DNA of 59,711 nucleotides, counting the filler, from Sphacelaria rigidula (Eukaryota), in assembly GCA_964200075.2 (NCBI GenBank). It is 10 parts of 10 records of this genome, joined end to end, with 100 filler letters (N's around TTAATTAATTAA, not from the genome) between each part and the next. Parts side by side here need not be neighbours in the genome. Positions count along the whole stretch, not along the records: positions 11,965 to 17,846 come from CAXNAA020023760.1; positions 17,947 to 23,827 come from CAXNAA020023761.1; 8 more parts are not named here. The stretch is one strand, 5' to 3'. The first letter of the stretch is position 1, and the number at the start of each line of letters is the position of its first letter. Shown one piece after another: positions 11,865 through 23,927 of the stretch. The notes below the pieces were generated by a model that was not told the origin of the DNA, searched no databases, and saw only the letters and a program-made list of their open reading frames with translations. The translations under genes were made by a program, and so were the position numbers.

Positions 11865-11964
11865 NNNNNNNNNNNNNNNNNNNNNNNNNNNNNNNNNNNN
11901 NNNNNNNNTTAATTAATTAANNNNNNNNNNNNNNNNNNNNNNNNNNNNNNNNNNNNNNNNNNNN
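11865..11964. other. Artificial scaffold linker
   Basis: Same 100-bp linker. Confidence 0.98.
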
Positions 11965-12967
11965 AAAGGTAAGCGGTTTCTGAAGGCGAGACGTCCGTTT
12001 TCGCGTGGCCATATCTCTCGAGTAACATGTTTTTTTCCCGTTTTTTTCCGAGACCGGGGTGCCAATGCCCCCCGCGAATGATGTGCGTAAAAACATCGTA
12101 GCGAAAACGGTCAAAATGGCGTGTTTGGCTGTTTTCGCGTTTCTGGCCATTTTTCGTACCTCTCTTGGGCAAAAAACGCGAAGGTTCACCTTTTCTAGTC
12201 CATTGCTAAAAAAATATTCGTGGACGGAAACTGGAATAGTGAAAGGTATTACACAAACGGATCATCTTTTTTTTCAAAATCTTCAAGTTTCTAGAAAAAG
12301 AAAAATCGCTGGTTTGTTGGGGGGGAAATAGTATCTTAAAACAGTGTGGGGGGGGGAGCTCGTATCCCTTCAAACTGGCACACAATCACCCCAACAAATA
12401 AGACCGTGATGCAAAGACCAATTCCCTCAAAATCTGAAATCCTAAAGCAGACGTGAAACCAACGGCAAATATATGAACACCTGCAACTGTAAATGAAAAA
12501 AAGAGTACCGTGAACCCATCTGAACCCCACGCTCGATGACATCTCATCTACGGTACATGATTCCCCGATACGCCTTCACGTAACCTATTTGCAGTGCGCA
12601 CGAAACGACACCCTCCCAAAACAGTACCCGCACGTGCAGTACGATACAGTGCAGTACCTCATCTGCAGGTTCGTATCCTTCGTTGACGATTCGCAGTATA
12701 GACGGCAGCATAGCCTCAAAAGCGACCGGGCCGATGGTGGAAACTAGTACATCCGCCCCAGCGTCGATGCTCTCGCTGTAGCTGCTATCATATAGCAGCC
12801 TCTGAATGTTGTTATAATTGTGGGTGCTTGCTATCAATGGGGCCTCCATCGTCTTGGTATTGCCATAATCCGTAACCTCACCATTGTTCATGAGCTTGTC
12901 GACGCCGTTCTCTTGTTGTAATCGTCTTCTTTTTGTGTGGAAAAAAACGAACGCAGCACGAGATGAA

Positions 12968-13702
12968 ATATTTATTATCATCATCACGTAAAAAATAGTC
13001 AAAGTAACAGTAATGACAACCATAACAAATAATAATATTAAAAAGACTAACAAAAAATAGTAGTAGATAGTGATAGTAACGGTAACATGAATGATAATGT
13101 CAATTATACTTCAATAGTAATGATTATTACGTATAATAACAAAAATAGTTATGCAAAGTAGTAGTAGGGGGAAAAATAACCATAATCATAATCATAATAA
13201 CAATACTAGTTACAAAAATAACGACAATACTAACAACAACGACAATACTAATAGAAATAATAATAATGAAAATAATAATAAAAATGATCAAATAATAATA
13301 AAAATAATCAAATAATAATGAATAATAGTAACAATGACAATAGTAATACAATAATAATAATAATAGTAATGACAATAGTGATAGTAATAATAACCATAAC
13401 AATAATAATGAACAATAATAATAAATGATAATGCTACTACTACTAATACTAATAGTAATGACAATAACAATAATAATAAAAATCATTATCATAGTACCAA
13501 TAATAACAACAATAACAAAAACAACAACAACAGTAATAATAATGATAACAATAGTAAAAATAATCAAATAATAATGATAACGATATTAATAATACTGATA
13601 GTAATAATAATAACAACAACAACAACAACAACAATAATAATAATCATAATCATAATAATAATAATCATAATAATAATCATAATAATAATCATAATAATAA
13701 TC

Positions 13703-13746
<44 letters not shown>

Positions 13747-13760
13747 CATAATAATGATAA
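12968..13760. repeat. AAT/AAC/ATC-rich degenerate microsatellite
   Basis: Direct observation. It produces the poly-Ile/Tyr/Leu spurious ORFs. Confidence 0.95.
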
Positions 13761-15401
13761 TCCACGGCTGACGCACGTGGCAGCAGCGCCGCAGGTACCA
13801 ACGACACGGGTCTCGCACGCGTGGCGGTTTTGAACGACATTGCGAAAAACGAAAAACGAGCATGACGTTGACTATAATTTTACAAGTTAAAGAATTTCAA
13901 TGAAAGGCGTTCAGCCCCATGACTAGCATAACCGTTAGGAGTGCTAAACGGGCGCGCGGCGGTGGGGGGGGGGGGGGGTGTTAGCGTCCGAAAGGTGTTT
14001 GGGCTGTTCGACGACACCTTACTGTAAATTGCCCACTTTTTTTGTTGCTTTGGAGACACTTGATTTTAGACTACTTCTTTGACATGTAGGAATTGTGTGT
14101 TAAGGTGACGACCTTCCTACCATTCAGATGCCACATGCACTTCCACACCACTCACACATTCCGGGGTTGAACCTTTTTTCAAGTGCTTTTGAAGCTTACC
14201 CTCAAAACGAGCAGGAATAGATAATTTTCCGATTCTTGTCCGCTGAGCACGGGACGTGCCCTGGGAAGGGTTAGCGCGGGACGTGCCCTGGGAGGGTTTT
14301 AACCCGGTGGGAGCATTTTAGGGTTCGGAGCACACAACGCAAACAATAGCGAGCACGTTCCGGCCTCCTTGTAGTGGTGTGAAAAAAGTAATATCAAGAG
14401 TCGTTCGGCTTTCAAATTGTTTTCCTCCAAAGAGGATATTTCGGTCAATAATATTGTTCCGTGTGTGCGTCTGTCGAGCAGGAGTGGTGGGCCTTGCCTT
14501 TCCGCTGCATTATATCTTGGCTTTTGCCGCTGGGGGTGGTTCGACTGTGTATGTGTGCGTGTGAGCTGTGGCGTTGCAGGTAAGCGTACCGTGGCGTGCG
14601 CTATCTGCCAGCTCTTCTGTGTGGGGTTGGATTCAAAAATGGTGTTGGTTGGACCGGCGGGTCTGCACCAATGTCCTGTGGAGCTGGTTCCACTCTACCG
14701 GCAGGCTGTTATTTCTCTCTGTTCATTGGTGCAAATTGTTTGTCAGAAAAATTGTGCGTTGCAAGACCTCGTTTAGGAAAAAGCACCTTGTGGGTAAGCT
14801 AGGCGGGCAATCCTCAATAACTCTTTCGCAGTGGCCCTCTCGCAGGTGGACTGAGATGGACTGTTCCACATTTGGGGTTCAAAACACCTTTCTTCTCTCT
14901 AAGCCACACCCCCGTTTCATGAAAATGTGGATGTTTGGGATCTATAATAATAAAAAATATTCACGGAGAACCCTTGACCGGTTGCGACCCCGCAATCCAT
15001 CGCGTGCAGAGTCAGCATGTATGTGCGCTCGATATCATATATGGTTGGCTTGACAGTGGAGTACCGAAATGAGAAATACGCAGTGCAGTAGGCCACCTGT
15101 AGTCCATCACACGCGGCTATTCGGCTACCTCGTAGAGGGATTTTCAAACGTCATCCTCGGTTCCGTCCGTTTTGAAACCCCCCCTAGAGGGTCTTGGGTA
15201 TTCGTATTCCTCTAGAGGATTTCCAATGTCGGGGCCCTCGAAGGTCTGTGTCGATATTAGAATTCCCTGGATTGTTTTTGGAGGCACAAGTGGAAATCTG
15301 GAATTTTCACAGTCTCTGCTGTTCGAAATAAATCCTATTTCCAAATTATTGGAATCAAGCACAAAGGATGTATTTCGAACAGCAGAGACTGTGCAAATCA
15401 T

Positions 15402-15556
15402 GTTAATATATTACCGACCGGAATGTTTGTCGTCTATCGTTAACTTGAAAAATTACTGAAAAATGAGGGGACTGTTTCGTTAATATATTACAGACAAGAA
15501 TGGTCGTCGTCTGTCATTAACTTGAAAAATGACTGACAAATGAGTGGACTGCTTTT
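15402..15556. repeat. Two-copy ~78-bp tandem duplication
   Basis: gttaatatattac...gtcgtct...ttaacttgaaaaa...aaatgag..gactg occurs twice. Confidence 0.7.
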
Positions 15557-16332
15557 TGTTTTTTTTCGTCGAGGCCGTCGCCGCTGTATTGCACAACACC
15601 GAGTCTGAAGTGAAACACACCTTCCTCCGATGCAAACAGCGCCTCAACCCTTTACTCGCCACCACAGACCCTAACCTCCTCTACTACGAGGCTACAGCGG
15701 TAGGTTGTGGTAGGACGTACTGCGTGCTGTGGATCCGCAGTTCCGTGTGTTGGATCTTCCGCGGCTATGTTTGTTCCACGTCTCTGTCTGCTCTGCGCAA
15801 GGTGCGTACGAGTGAGAGGCGGCTGCGGATATTGTCCAAGCCTGTTCGGAGGTCACAGTCCGCCCGGGTCATGAGTACAGGTCGTGCGAAGATTACACTA
15901 TGCACAACGCCCTATAACCCCTCCACACTAACCCACTTTGACATCTGTTTATAACCTCATGGTCAAACGCATTTTGGCAGCGTACAAACCTCGCATGTCG
16001 GCCACCACAGCCTCCGCGGGGCGTTTGCGCAGCAAATTTCTCGTCATCTTCTGAACCAAAAACAAATCTCTTTCCTACCACAAAAAAAAGCGGGCCACCC
16101 GCGGGCCACAACCACAGGTGTGCAACCTCGGTTACATACAGCACCTTTGACACATAGACACCCTTCACGAGAGACGGTACCGCGTAACGCGTCAGCACTA
16201 CTATGACCGACTCCACCGAACACCAACACGCTTCGGAAGCAGAACGCTTGCGGAGAAACCAATGGGAACGCTTGAGGTATGCCATAAAAAATCCCGCAAT
16301 CAACCACACAAGACGCAACAGGTACGAGGATA

Positions 16333-17846
16333 TAAATGTTGCTCACACCACAGCTTCCCCAGATTCCCGAATGAACCCTATGTAACCATATCATAGTTCA
16401 CTGCTGACCCACCTGATGACAAAGGACTGCGTCGCTGATCGATTGGCGTCGTATTGCCGATAACGTTATTGTACGGCATAGAGTGCAGGGTGGGTCAGAT
16501 ATCGTTGAGCGATAGCGTCTCTGAGTGCGTTCATATTTTTAATGCGGCGGGTTCACGGGAGCAATCACCCCGCACAGGGTATTAGTGCGGTGCAGCAGCG
16601 TCACGGAAAATGTCGAACGCACGGTCCAATTCGGCGAGTCTTGAGAAAAAATGTCAGGAAGATCATCTGCACCCAAGGAAGTGATACTTTCCGTGAGCAG
16701 CTGCAGATTCTCATTTTCCCCCTGGACATATGGCATCATCTACGTTCTTCTGGAATTTCTAAAAAATGGTTTGGTGTAGACTACCCTTTAGCGTAATCGT
16801 GTAATTGTCGGGAAACGATCACCAATCGATTACGAGCTGGGCCAGCTAAAAAGCTCCTAAATTTTGCTCACAACACAGCTTCCGCAGTTTCCCGAATGAA
16901 CCCGATGTAAGCATATCGCTGTGAACTGCTGACCCACCTGATGACAAAGGATTGTGTCGCTGTTCGATTGGCGTCGTATTGCCGATGACCTCATTGTACT
17001 GGATATAGTAAAGGGTGGGTCTGATATCGTTGAGCGATAGCGTGTCGGATTTTTTTTATGTGGCGGGTTCAAGGCAACAATCACCCCGCACTGGGTAGTA
17101 GTGGGGTGCAGCACCGTCACGGAATATGTTGCACGCACGGCCCGATTCGACGAGTCTTGAGCTGAAATTTCAGGAAGACCTTCTGCACCCAAGTAACTGA
17201 TACGTCCCGTGAGCAGCCGCAGATTCTATTTGTTCCCCTGGACTTATGGCGTAATCAAGCTTTTTCTTAAATTTAAAATCCCATAACTTCCCTATATTTT
17301 TGTCGGATAAAATATATTGAACTAATGTAAAGACTTAAAGCCACTGGGAAAAAATATATCAAATTAATGTGAAGACTTGAAACCATACGGAAGGGGGAAA
17401 CCCAGGGTATAGGAAGGAAACTCCTTCGCGAAGGCATTGATACTATAGCGAGGAATGTACAACAAACGCGAGGAAGACAACATGTACAGACAATTTTCGT
17501 GTGGGAACGGAATTGGTGTCTCCCACTAAATACAATGTCTATGCAATGACCACCTACTACTTACCAGTGTCATGCTGATTCCAGTCTGCAGCGCTGTATA
17601 CTGGTTTGGTCTAGACTACCCTTTTGCGTAATCGTGTAATTTTGGGCAAACGATCACCGATCAATTTTGACCTGGGCCAGGTTCAAAGCTCATTAATGTT
17701 GCTCACACCACAGCTTCCCCAGTTTCCCAAATTAAGCGTATGTGAGCATATTACTGTGAACTGCTGACCTACCTGATGACAAAGGACTGCGTCGCTGTTC
17801 GATTGGCGTCGTATTGCCGATGACGTTATTGTACCGCATAGTGTAC
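16333..17846. repeat. Three diverged copies of a ~525-bp unit (16333-16860, 16860-17265, 17600-17846 truncated)
   Basis: ttgctcacaccacagcttcc...ctgctgacccacctgatgacaaagga...gattggcgtcgtattgccgat recurs three times. tggtttggt(g/c)tagactaccctt occurs at 16767 and 17601. Confidence 0.85.
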
Positions 17847-17946
17847 NNNNNNNNNNNNNNNNNNNNNNNNNNNNNNNNNNNNNNNNNNNNTTAATTAATT
17901 AANNNNNNNNNNNNNNNNNNNNNNNNNNNNNNNNNNNNNNNNNNNN
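17847..17946. other. Artificial scaffold linker
   Basis: Same 100-bp linker. Confidence 0.98.
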
Positions 17947-18295
17947 CCCCCTTCCGACCTCTTAACCCTGCGAAAATGCATGTGAATCCTTAGCCCCCCC
18001 CCCCCCCGTCCCTCCATCCCCTTTTGTGTAATGTATGGAAGAAACGTAATGAGCGCCCAAATGTTGGAAGTGTCTCAATCAGGAGTAGGAACGATGCTCT
18101 ATCTTGAAAGGGACGCCTGGTCAACGGTCGAACGACGAAGGCAAGCAACAAGTGAGTATCCCCCCCACACACACACAACCTCCCTTTTAGCCTCCCTATG
18201 AGGAGTAGGAACGGTGCTCCGTCTCGAAAGGGATGCGTCGTCAATGGTCAAACGACGAAGGCAATCAATAAATAAGTACGCCCCCCCCCCCCCCC

Positions 18296-18330
<35 letters not shown>

Positions 18331-18610
18331 CGCCCGGCCGCCCCCCCCCCCCCCCCCCCCCCCCCCCCTTACCCCNNNNNNNNNNTTTGTTTATTGTTTA
18401 AAGATGAAGGTAATCATTAAATTATTTTTCCCCCCCCCCCCCCCCCCATAACCTCCCAACCCTCTCCATCGCCTTGGCATGGCATGGCTCCCCCATCCCA
18501 CCTCACCTCACCCCTTGTTGCTCCCGTCCCGTCTACGCCTCCGCTGCGCACATGTATCCATCCTTCCATTCCCCATCAATGAACCCCAAATTACGATAAC
18601 AATAACGCAG

Positions 18611-18761
18611 TCTTTTCGAAGAGAGGCTTCCAATCGGACTGATGGAGGTGATCAAGAACGTTACCCCGGAAACGGTTCGCGCTTTCTACGCACGGCACTA
18701 TCACCCGGAGCGCATGGCTGTGGTGGCGGTGGGAGACTTTCCGAATGGGGGCAAGGGAGTG
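18611..18761 (+). CDS. Internal exon of PqqL-like M16 zinc peptidase
   Basis: cag| LFEERLPIGLMEVIKNVTPETVRAFYARHYHPERMAVVAVGDFPNGGKGV |gtgagg. RLPIG...FY...Y.P..MAVVAVGD is the M16/PqqL signature. Confidence 0.9.
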
Positions 18762-18866
18762 GTGAGGAAATGAGTAAGACGTTTGAGTAATGGCGTCCGT
18801 GATGGAAATGGTGGGTCTACTTCCATGTTTTCTGTGGCCCCTCTATCCGCCCTGTACAGGATAAAA

Positions 18867-19075
18867 GAGAGTTTCGTAAAACGCTTTTTTGTCATTTCAG
18901 AGTGCAAATATCTCTGGATCAGAGTGCAAAATAAGATAAAATAAAATAAAATTACCAAGAAAAATTTTGAGGGAAAACCACATGTGACGGAGGGCGAAGT
19001 AATTTTGCGTTACACTCTGATCCGGAGAAATTTTTGCTCTCTGAAATGACAAAAGAGCGTTTGCTCGAAACTCTC
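18867..19075. mobile_element. MITE with ~60-bp imperfect TIRs (in peptidase intron)
   Basis: gagagtttcg..aaacgc..tttgtcatttcagag..ggatcagagtg versus cactctgatcc..ctctgaaatgacaaaa..gcgttt..cgaaactctc. A second copy is at ~28337-28535. Confidence 0.78.
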
Positions 19076-20101
19076 TGATGAGGGGTGAAGTATAGCAGGA
19101 GTAGTGAAACGAACGTGGGTCATTATTCAAATCGAATCCTCTCGAGGGAGGGATTGAAGTCAGGGTAAATACTCCGAAGTATATAATATTATCGATGGTG
19201 CTTGTGCGAGAAAAATAATGCGTGTGTTTGTGGGGGTATGCAGAAATGATGTAAATCCGTTCGTTGTGTATTGTGCACTGAACGACTGCGCTGTTCTCTC
19301 TTGGTGTTTCCGTGCGAGATTAAAATATTGATCTAAAAAGATGGGATGGAAACTTCTATCTTGACATTTTTGCAAATGCAATTTTGTAATGCAATACTAT
19401 AGTTATACCTCATATAAGAGACAGTAGTTCGCTACACAGAGCAAGAGTCATGCCCCACACGGGGTTGCATATTCTGGCCCCGTGGTTTCTCGTTGAGGGG
19501 GCCCTCTACAGTTGGGAGCTAAACGCGTAAACATGGATCAGGACATTTCCATCTGAAGTAATTCATTGGAGATATTCTCTAACCCATTGACATGCTGAAC
19601 GTGGCGTCATCTCACATATTTCATACGTCGTTCCTTGGATGAAATATAGGAACCCCTGCCAATTCAAAACTTGGAGAATATTTTTTTGCATCCCTACCGT
19701 GGCCTGACGACATCAACAACACGAGCCTACCGAGCAACATGAAAACTCGGAGCAGTTGCAGATAGGTCGGATGCACCTCTCGTTCCCGTTCCTTTTTCTT
19801 GCATGTGTCCTGTTTTTCCAAGGCTCGGACAAATAATGATTCGTCTGGAAATTACTTGGTTTTTGTATGATGATTCGAATCGCCACGAATCAATTCCTAG
19901 GCTTGTTTTCAGCGTTGCAACCCAGGTACACGCATCCCAGATACGTGGAATGGCGCGAAAGTTGCGTGGATACCCCCCTTGGACCAGCGGTCAACTTTTT
20001 TCTCGCTTTTGGGCAATCAGGCCGAAGAAATCGTGAATTTGGTGATTCGTAGTCGTGATGATTCGTCCTAACGGTGTGTTTTTTTCCACCTCCACCTCCA
20101 G

Positions 20102-20254
20102 GTTGACCTTATCGCAGACGTATTTGGGGCATGTCCGCGAGGAGGTGTGGACGCTCCTCCCCCGATAGAGGTGCCGTGGCACTACGATGTTAGGGCAGCG
20201 GTGTTCGCGGACAGCGAGGCTACCTCCAGCAGTCTCGTGGTGGAGGTCAAAAAG
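20102..20254 (+). CDS. Next exon of PqqL-like M16 peptidase (3' boundary 20245 GT or 20254 GC)
   Basis: ctccag| VDLIADVFGACPRGGVDAPPPIEVPWHYDVRAAVFADSEATSSSLVVE(VKK). Phase 0 matches the previous exon, and the peptide is colinear with PqqL-like proteins. Confidence 0.78.
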
Positions 20255-20885
20255 GCGAGCTGTTGTTGTTGATGGTGGTGGTGGTGGTGTTGCTGCTGCT
20301 GCTGCTGGCCATGGATTTTTTTTTTTTTTTTTTATTTATCCTTTATTTTTGTTTTTTATTTCCTTTTTCTTTCCCCATTTTNNNNNNNNNNTGTTTCTGC
20401 TGCTGGCGTTGGATTTTTTTTTTTTTTTCACATAACCTTTATTTTCGTGTTGTGATTTCGTTTTCCTTTCCCACTGTTTTCCCGTTCATAGCAAGGAACA
20501 CTGCCAATTTGTTGTTCGTTGTTCCTTGTGTCCTCAGTGTTATCTACTCCGTTCATTTGATCTATAATATTTTTCTTTTTCACTTTCAGTTTTTTTTCAG
20601 CAAGCATTTCCGTTTTTTGTTGAGCACGTTGGGAACGTCTATCTTTTGGATAATGATCAGTAGATGCAATCGACACATCCTGGACACTAGATGGTCAGTG
20701 GATGCAGTAGACAAAGATGTACTGGGTTAAGTATGCCTATTGCAACTAGTGACGACCAACAATAGTTGCAATAGGCCTAGGCTTCACCTAGTACGTTTTT
20801 CGTCAGCTGCATCTAATGAGAACATACTGTACAAGGTGTGGAAAAATGACCTCGGTGGGATCACTCGGGGATCAGTTCCTGTACT

Positions 20886-21264
20886 GCAAACAGTCATACC
20901 ACGGCGATAGCATCACATCCCGTCCGCTCTCTGAAGTTCACCCTTCTGAAACCGTTGATGGAAAAGTGACGATTTACGAAATTGACGTTTTTTCTTGGGC
21001 AATATATGGTTGTTTTTCTGCAAGTGTTGATGATGAAGCCCACCAAAACGGTGCACCACTCTCTGTTCAAGTAAACTAATGTGACAGATTGATTCGTGCA
21101 CCGTACTCCAAGTGACGTTTTTCCCGGTGACGAAAGCTCGCATATGGAAGTTCGTAAATCGTCACCTCTCCACCAGCGGTTCCAAAAGGGTTAAGCGGCG
21201 TCGGTTCAGGCTAGTAGTACTGTGGTGGGGGACTACCTGGTCAGCCCTGGTGCTGCTGTTTTGT
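20886..21264 (+). pseudogene. 5S rRNA pseudogene / 5S-derived SINE head, split by an insertion (20886-20940 + 21191-21264)
   Basis: cataccacggcgatagcatcacatcccgtccgctctctgaagtt and aagcggcgtcgg..caggctagtagtactgtggtgggggactacctgg..agccctggtgctg follow the eukaryotic 5S layout (CATACC, GAAGTTAAGC A-box, AGTAC, GGTGGGGGAC C-box, GTGCTG). Confidence 0.82.
20941..21190. mobile_element. piggyBac-type MITE (250 bp, ~40-bp TIRs)
   Basis: TTCA|cccttctgaaaccgttgatggaaaagtgacgatttacgaa ... ttcgtaaatcgtcacctctccaccagcggttccaaaaggg|TTAA. CCC...GGG termini and a TTAA target site (left copy mutated). Confidence 0.85.
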
Positions 21265-21270
21265 CGCTAC

Positions 21271-21350
21271 GCCCCGGTGGTCTAAATTCAAATAATGTGG
21301 TGCAACTGACATCTTTGAGGTGAAAAAAAGGCGGGTTCGATTCTGGGCAG
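21271..21350 (+). pseudogene. Degenerate tRNA-like segment directly after the 5S-like segment
   Basis: A-box-like gtggtctaaa at ~21277 and B-box GGTTCGATTC at 21334-21343. No complete cloverleaf. Confidence 0.45.
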
Positions 21351-21379
21351 ATCCGTTTTTCCTTCAAAATACTTGATTT

Positions 21380-21705
21380 CCGTCGTTGAATGCGTGAGAA
21401 GACAGGAGTAGCAATATATATTTATATATAGATATATATATAGATATACATGTCGCGACTCGGTGATGTAATGGTCCGATTCCCGATGCGTTGGGTTTTT
21501 TCTTCGTAATTCTGATTTCCACCGTGGAGAGCGTGAGAACGTGAGTAAACAAAGTAGTCGAATGGGTTTGTTTGACGTGAGTTGACGTGGGAGTGCTGAC
21601 CCTATGCGCGAGACCAAAATGCAAGGCGTGTACCACGGAGAGATGGATTGATCCCTTGAGACCACGGACTAGTCCCGAGGGAGGGGCGGGGTTCAAAGTG
21701 CGACA
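21380..21705 (+). repeat. Interspersed repeat ending gagaccacggact..cccgagg-G-rich
   Basis: Related segments at ~22060-22130, 26100-26290, 43245-43295 and 50550-50630. Confidence 0.7.
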
Positions 21706-22799
21706 AACAAAAAACAGAAATTAATAATAGGATAAAGAAAACATGTGAGCATATATGAGACCGACATGCGAGCGTACACTGTACCGGGAGAGAGATCCGG
21801 TGGGTCAGTTCGATGGACGCGGCTGTGATCGTCGATCGGAGGACAAGGCTGTCAGCTGATTAGGATAGTGTAGAAGTGTAGTATTGTGTAACTAGGCAAG
21901 GTAAACACAAGGGAGTGAGCGAGTAGGCACAGCCTCACGCCAACTACGGTAGTAAATCCCACCGCGTGTAACGGTCAAAAACATGGAACGCAACAATTGC
22001 CTCACTGCTGTATCATAGATCCAGCACCATAGACCCTACTGGTTACCCTGTCCACAGAAACAGAGATTGGGCTGATCCCTTGAGACCACGGACTTTTCCC
22101 TAGGAGGGTGAGGGGTTGAAAAAGTGTGACGGAGAAGAACACAAAAAAGGGCAAATAAAAATAAAAACAAAATCGATGGGAGATGGTGTGCTGCCGGAAG
22201 CGAGGACTGATTCATTCAACACTCTAGGAAGTGAAGTACAATGCAAGGCTAACCGCCGAGGAAGGAAAGGGTTAACCCCTCCATACTCCGGGTTAATCCC
22301 GAGGAAATAGGGGAGGAGGAGGAAGGGGGAAGGGGGGAGGTGATACGGAAACACAGGGAAGAATTCATGTGCATGGCGTTTTGACACCCTTAGGCCATTT
22401 TTCCCAGTTCGTTTTTTCCCCTGATATTTTGCAAATAACGAGGGAAAAATACGAGACGGCTACTTACGGTTCGTTTTTCCACGAAATTATCGGGGGAAAA
22501 GTAGAATGCGAGGGACATTTTACTGAATGGGCCCTCCTGGCTTGTATAAGAAAAAAATCAAAACAAGACGAGATCGACTTTTATTTTTCTCTTGTATTTT
22601 TCATTCGAGACGTGGCGAGACTAGCATCGCCCGCCAGCCCTGAAGATGGTTGTGCCCTTCGTCAGCTGCGGGGCTCGCCTGATAGCAATGTCGAACATCC
22701 CCAGCGCCGTTTACACATTAGACCAAACTTTGCTTCGCCATCCCGGCGCACGCGAGATGTCGTGAGGGGTTGGTGATCTATTGGCATTGATCGTACTCT

Positions 22800-23290
22800 T
22801 GAAAACCTGCAGTACAGATAGTACTCAGCGCAGAGATTACAGGATACTGTCTGTGCTGACTCATGTAGTGAGTTGTAGGTGCACATAACAGTACAGTAGT
22901 ACGCACGGCTTTAGTAAAAATCGTGCGTACAGCGTGAGATTTGTGGACAGCGTGCAATACAGACAACACCAGGCAGTACTGCACTGTCTGCACTGCCGCA
23001 TTGAACAACAGTACAGTAGGATACACATGCCATGTTGCACCCAACGGCTGCCCAAAATGATCCTGGACAACGTGCAGTGCAGACAGTACACGGCCTGTAC
23101 TGCCGCACTCAACAGTACAGTACAGACAGAACTAAGCAGTACAGTACTGTCTGTACTGCCGCATATGGCAGTATACATGCGCACATGTCAAGTTTCAGAC
23201 GGTAATATACAACGGTTGCACTAAAATTGATGCGTAGGAGTGCAGTACAGACAGTACTACTGTCTGTACCACCGCATACGGTATACGGCA
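22800..23290. repeat. CAGTAC/ACTGTC-rich degenerate satellite
   Basis: Repeated actgtctgtactgccgca and cagtacag motifs. Confidence 0.7.
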
Positions 23291-23827
23291 GCAAGGATAA
23301 ATATATCAGTTTGCACACAGTGATGAGCTGGGCCAGCAGCGATCGGGGGGGGGTCCATGTTTCACGTCTTCTTACACCAACACAGGAAGCTTGACATGTC
23401 GACATCTTGAGGCCCTTGTACCTCGCCTTGGTGCACACCCCTTTGAATTCCGTTGACCGTACTTTTGGTACCTCCCCGCTCTTTTGGTACCCACCCCCCC
23501 TCAAAAATATACCTGGAACCGTAAGGCAGGGTCAACATCTCTCATTGTATTTTCCCGGCGGTATTTTTTCCTCACAATTTGTTGCAAAACACGGAGGGAA
23601 AAAACGGCCTTACACGCAGACACGTCATCTTCTCGCACAAGTTTTACGGTGACTTCACCGACCCTTCCCCCGCGAGACTGTAATTTGGATCATGACCCTG
23701 GTTCGTTTCGCGAAATTTCGTACCTGGACCATCGTGAAAATGAGGTGTACTCATGATCTTGCATGCCATAGTCGTAAAACCATTAACCTTGCATACCCAC
23801 AAAGCCGGGACGGAGCACGCCGGGTTT

Positions 23828-23927
23828 NNNNNNNNNNNNNNNNNNNNNNNNNNNNNNNNNNNNNNNNNNNNTTAATTAATTAANNNNNNNNNNNNNNNNN
23901 NNNNNNNNNNNNNNNNNNNNNNNNNNN
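23828..23927. other. Artificial scaffold linker
   Basis: Same 100-bp linker. Confidence 0.98.

Noticed and set aside
13127..13863. Hydrophobic poly-Ile/Tyr/Leu ORFs
   Set aside because: Translations of an AAT microsatellite.
13922..13952. ctagcataaccgttaggagtgctaaacggg resembles the T7 terminator region of cloning vectors
   Set aside because: Only the ends match, the hairpin and T-tract are missing and there is no flanking vector sequence. Treated as coincidence.
18281..18450. Poly-Pro/poly-Gly ORFs at long C/G runs (also 9760-9912, 50625-50780)
   Set aside because: Homopolymers next to 10-N gaps. Lengths are unreliable sequencing or assembly artefacts.
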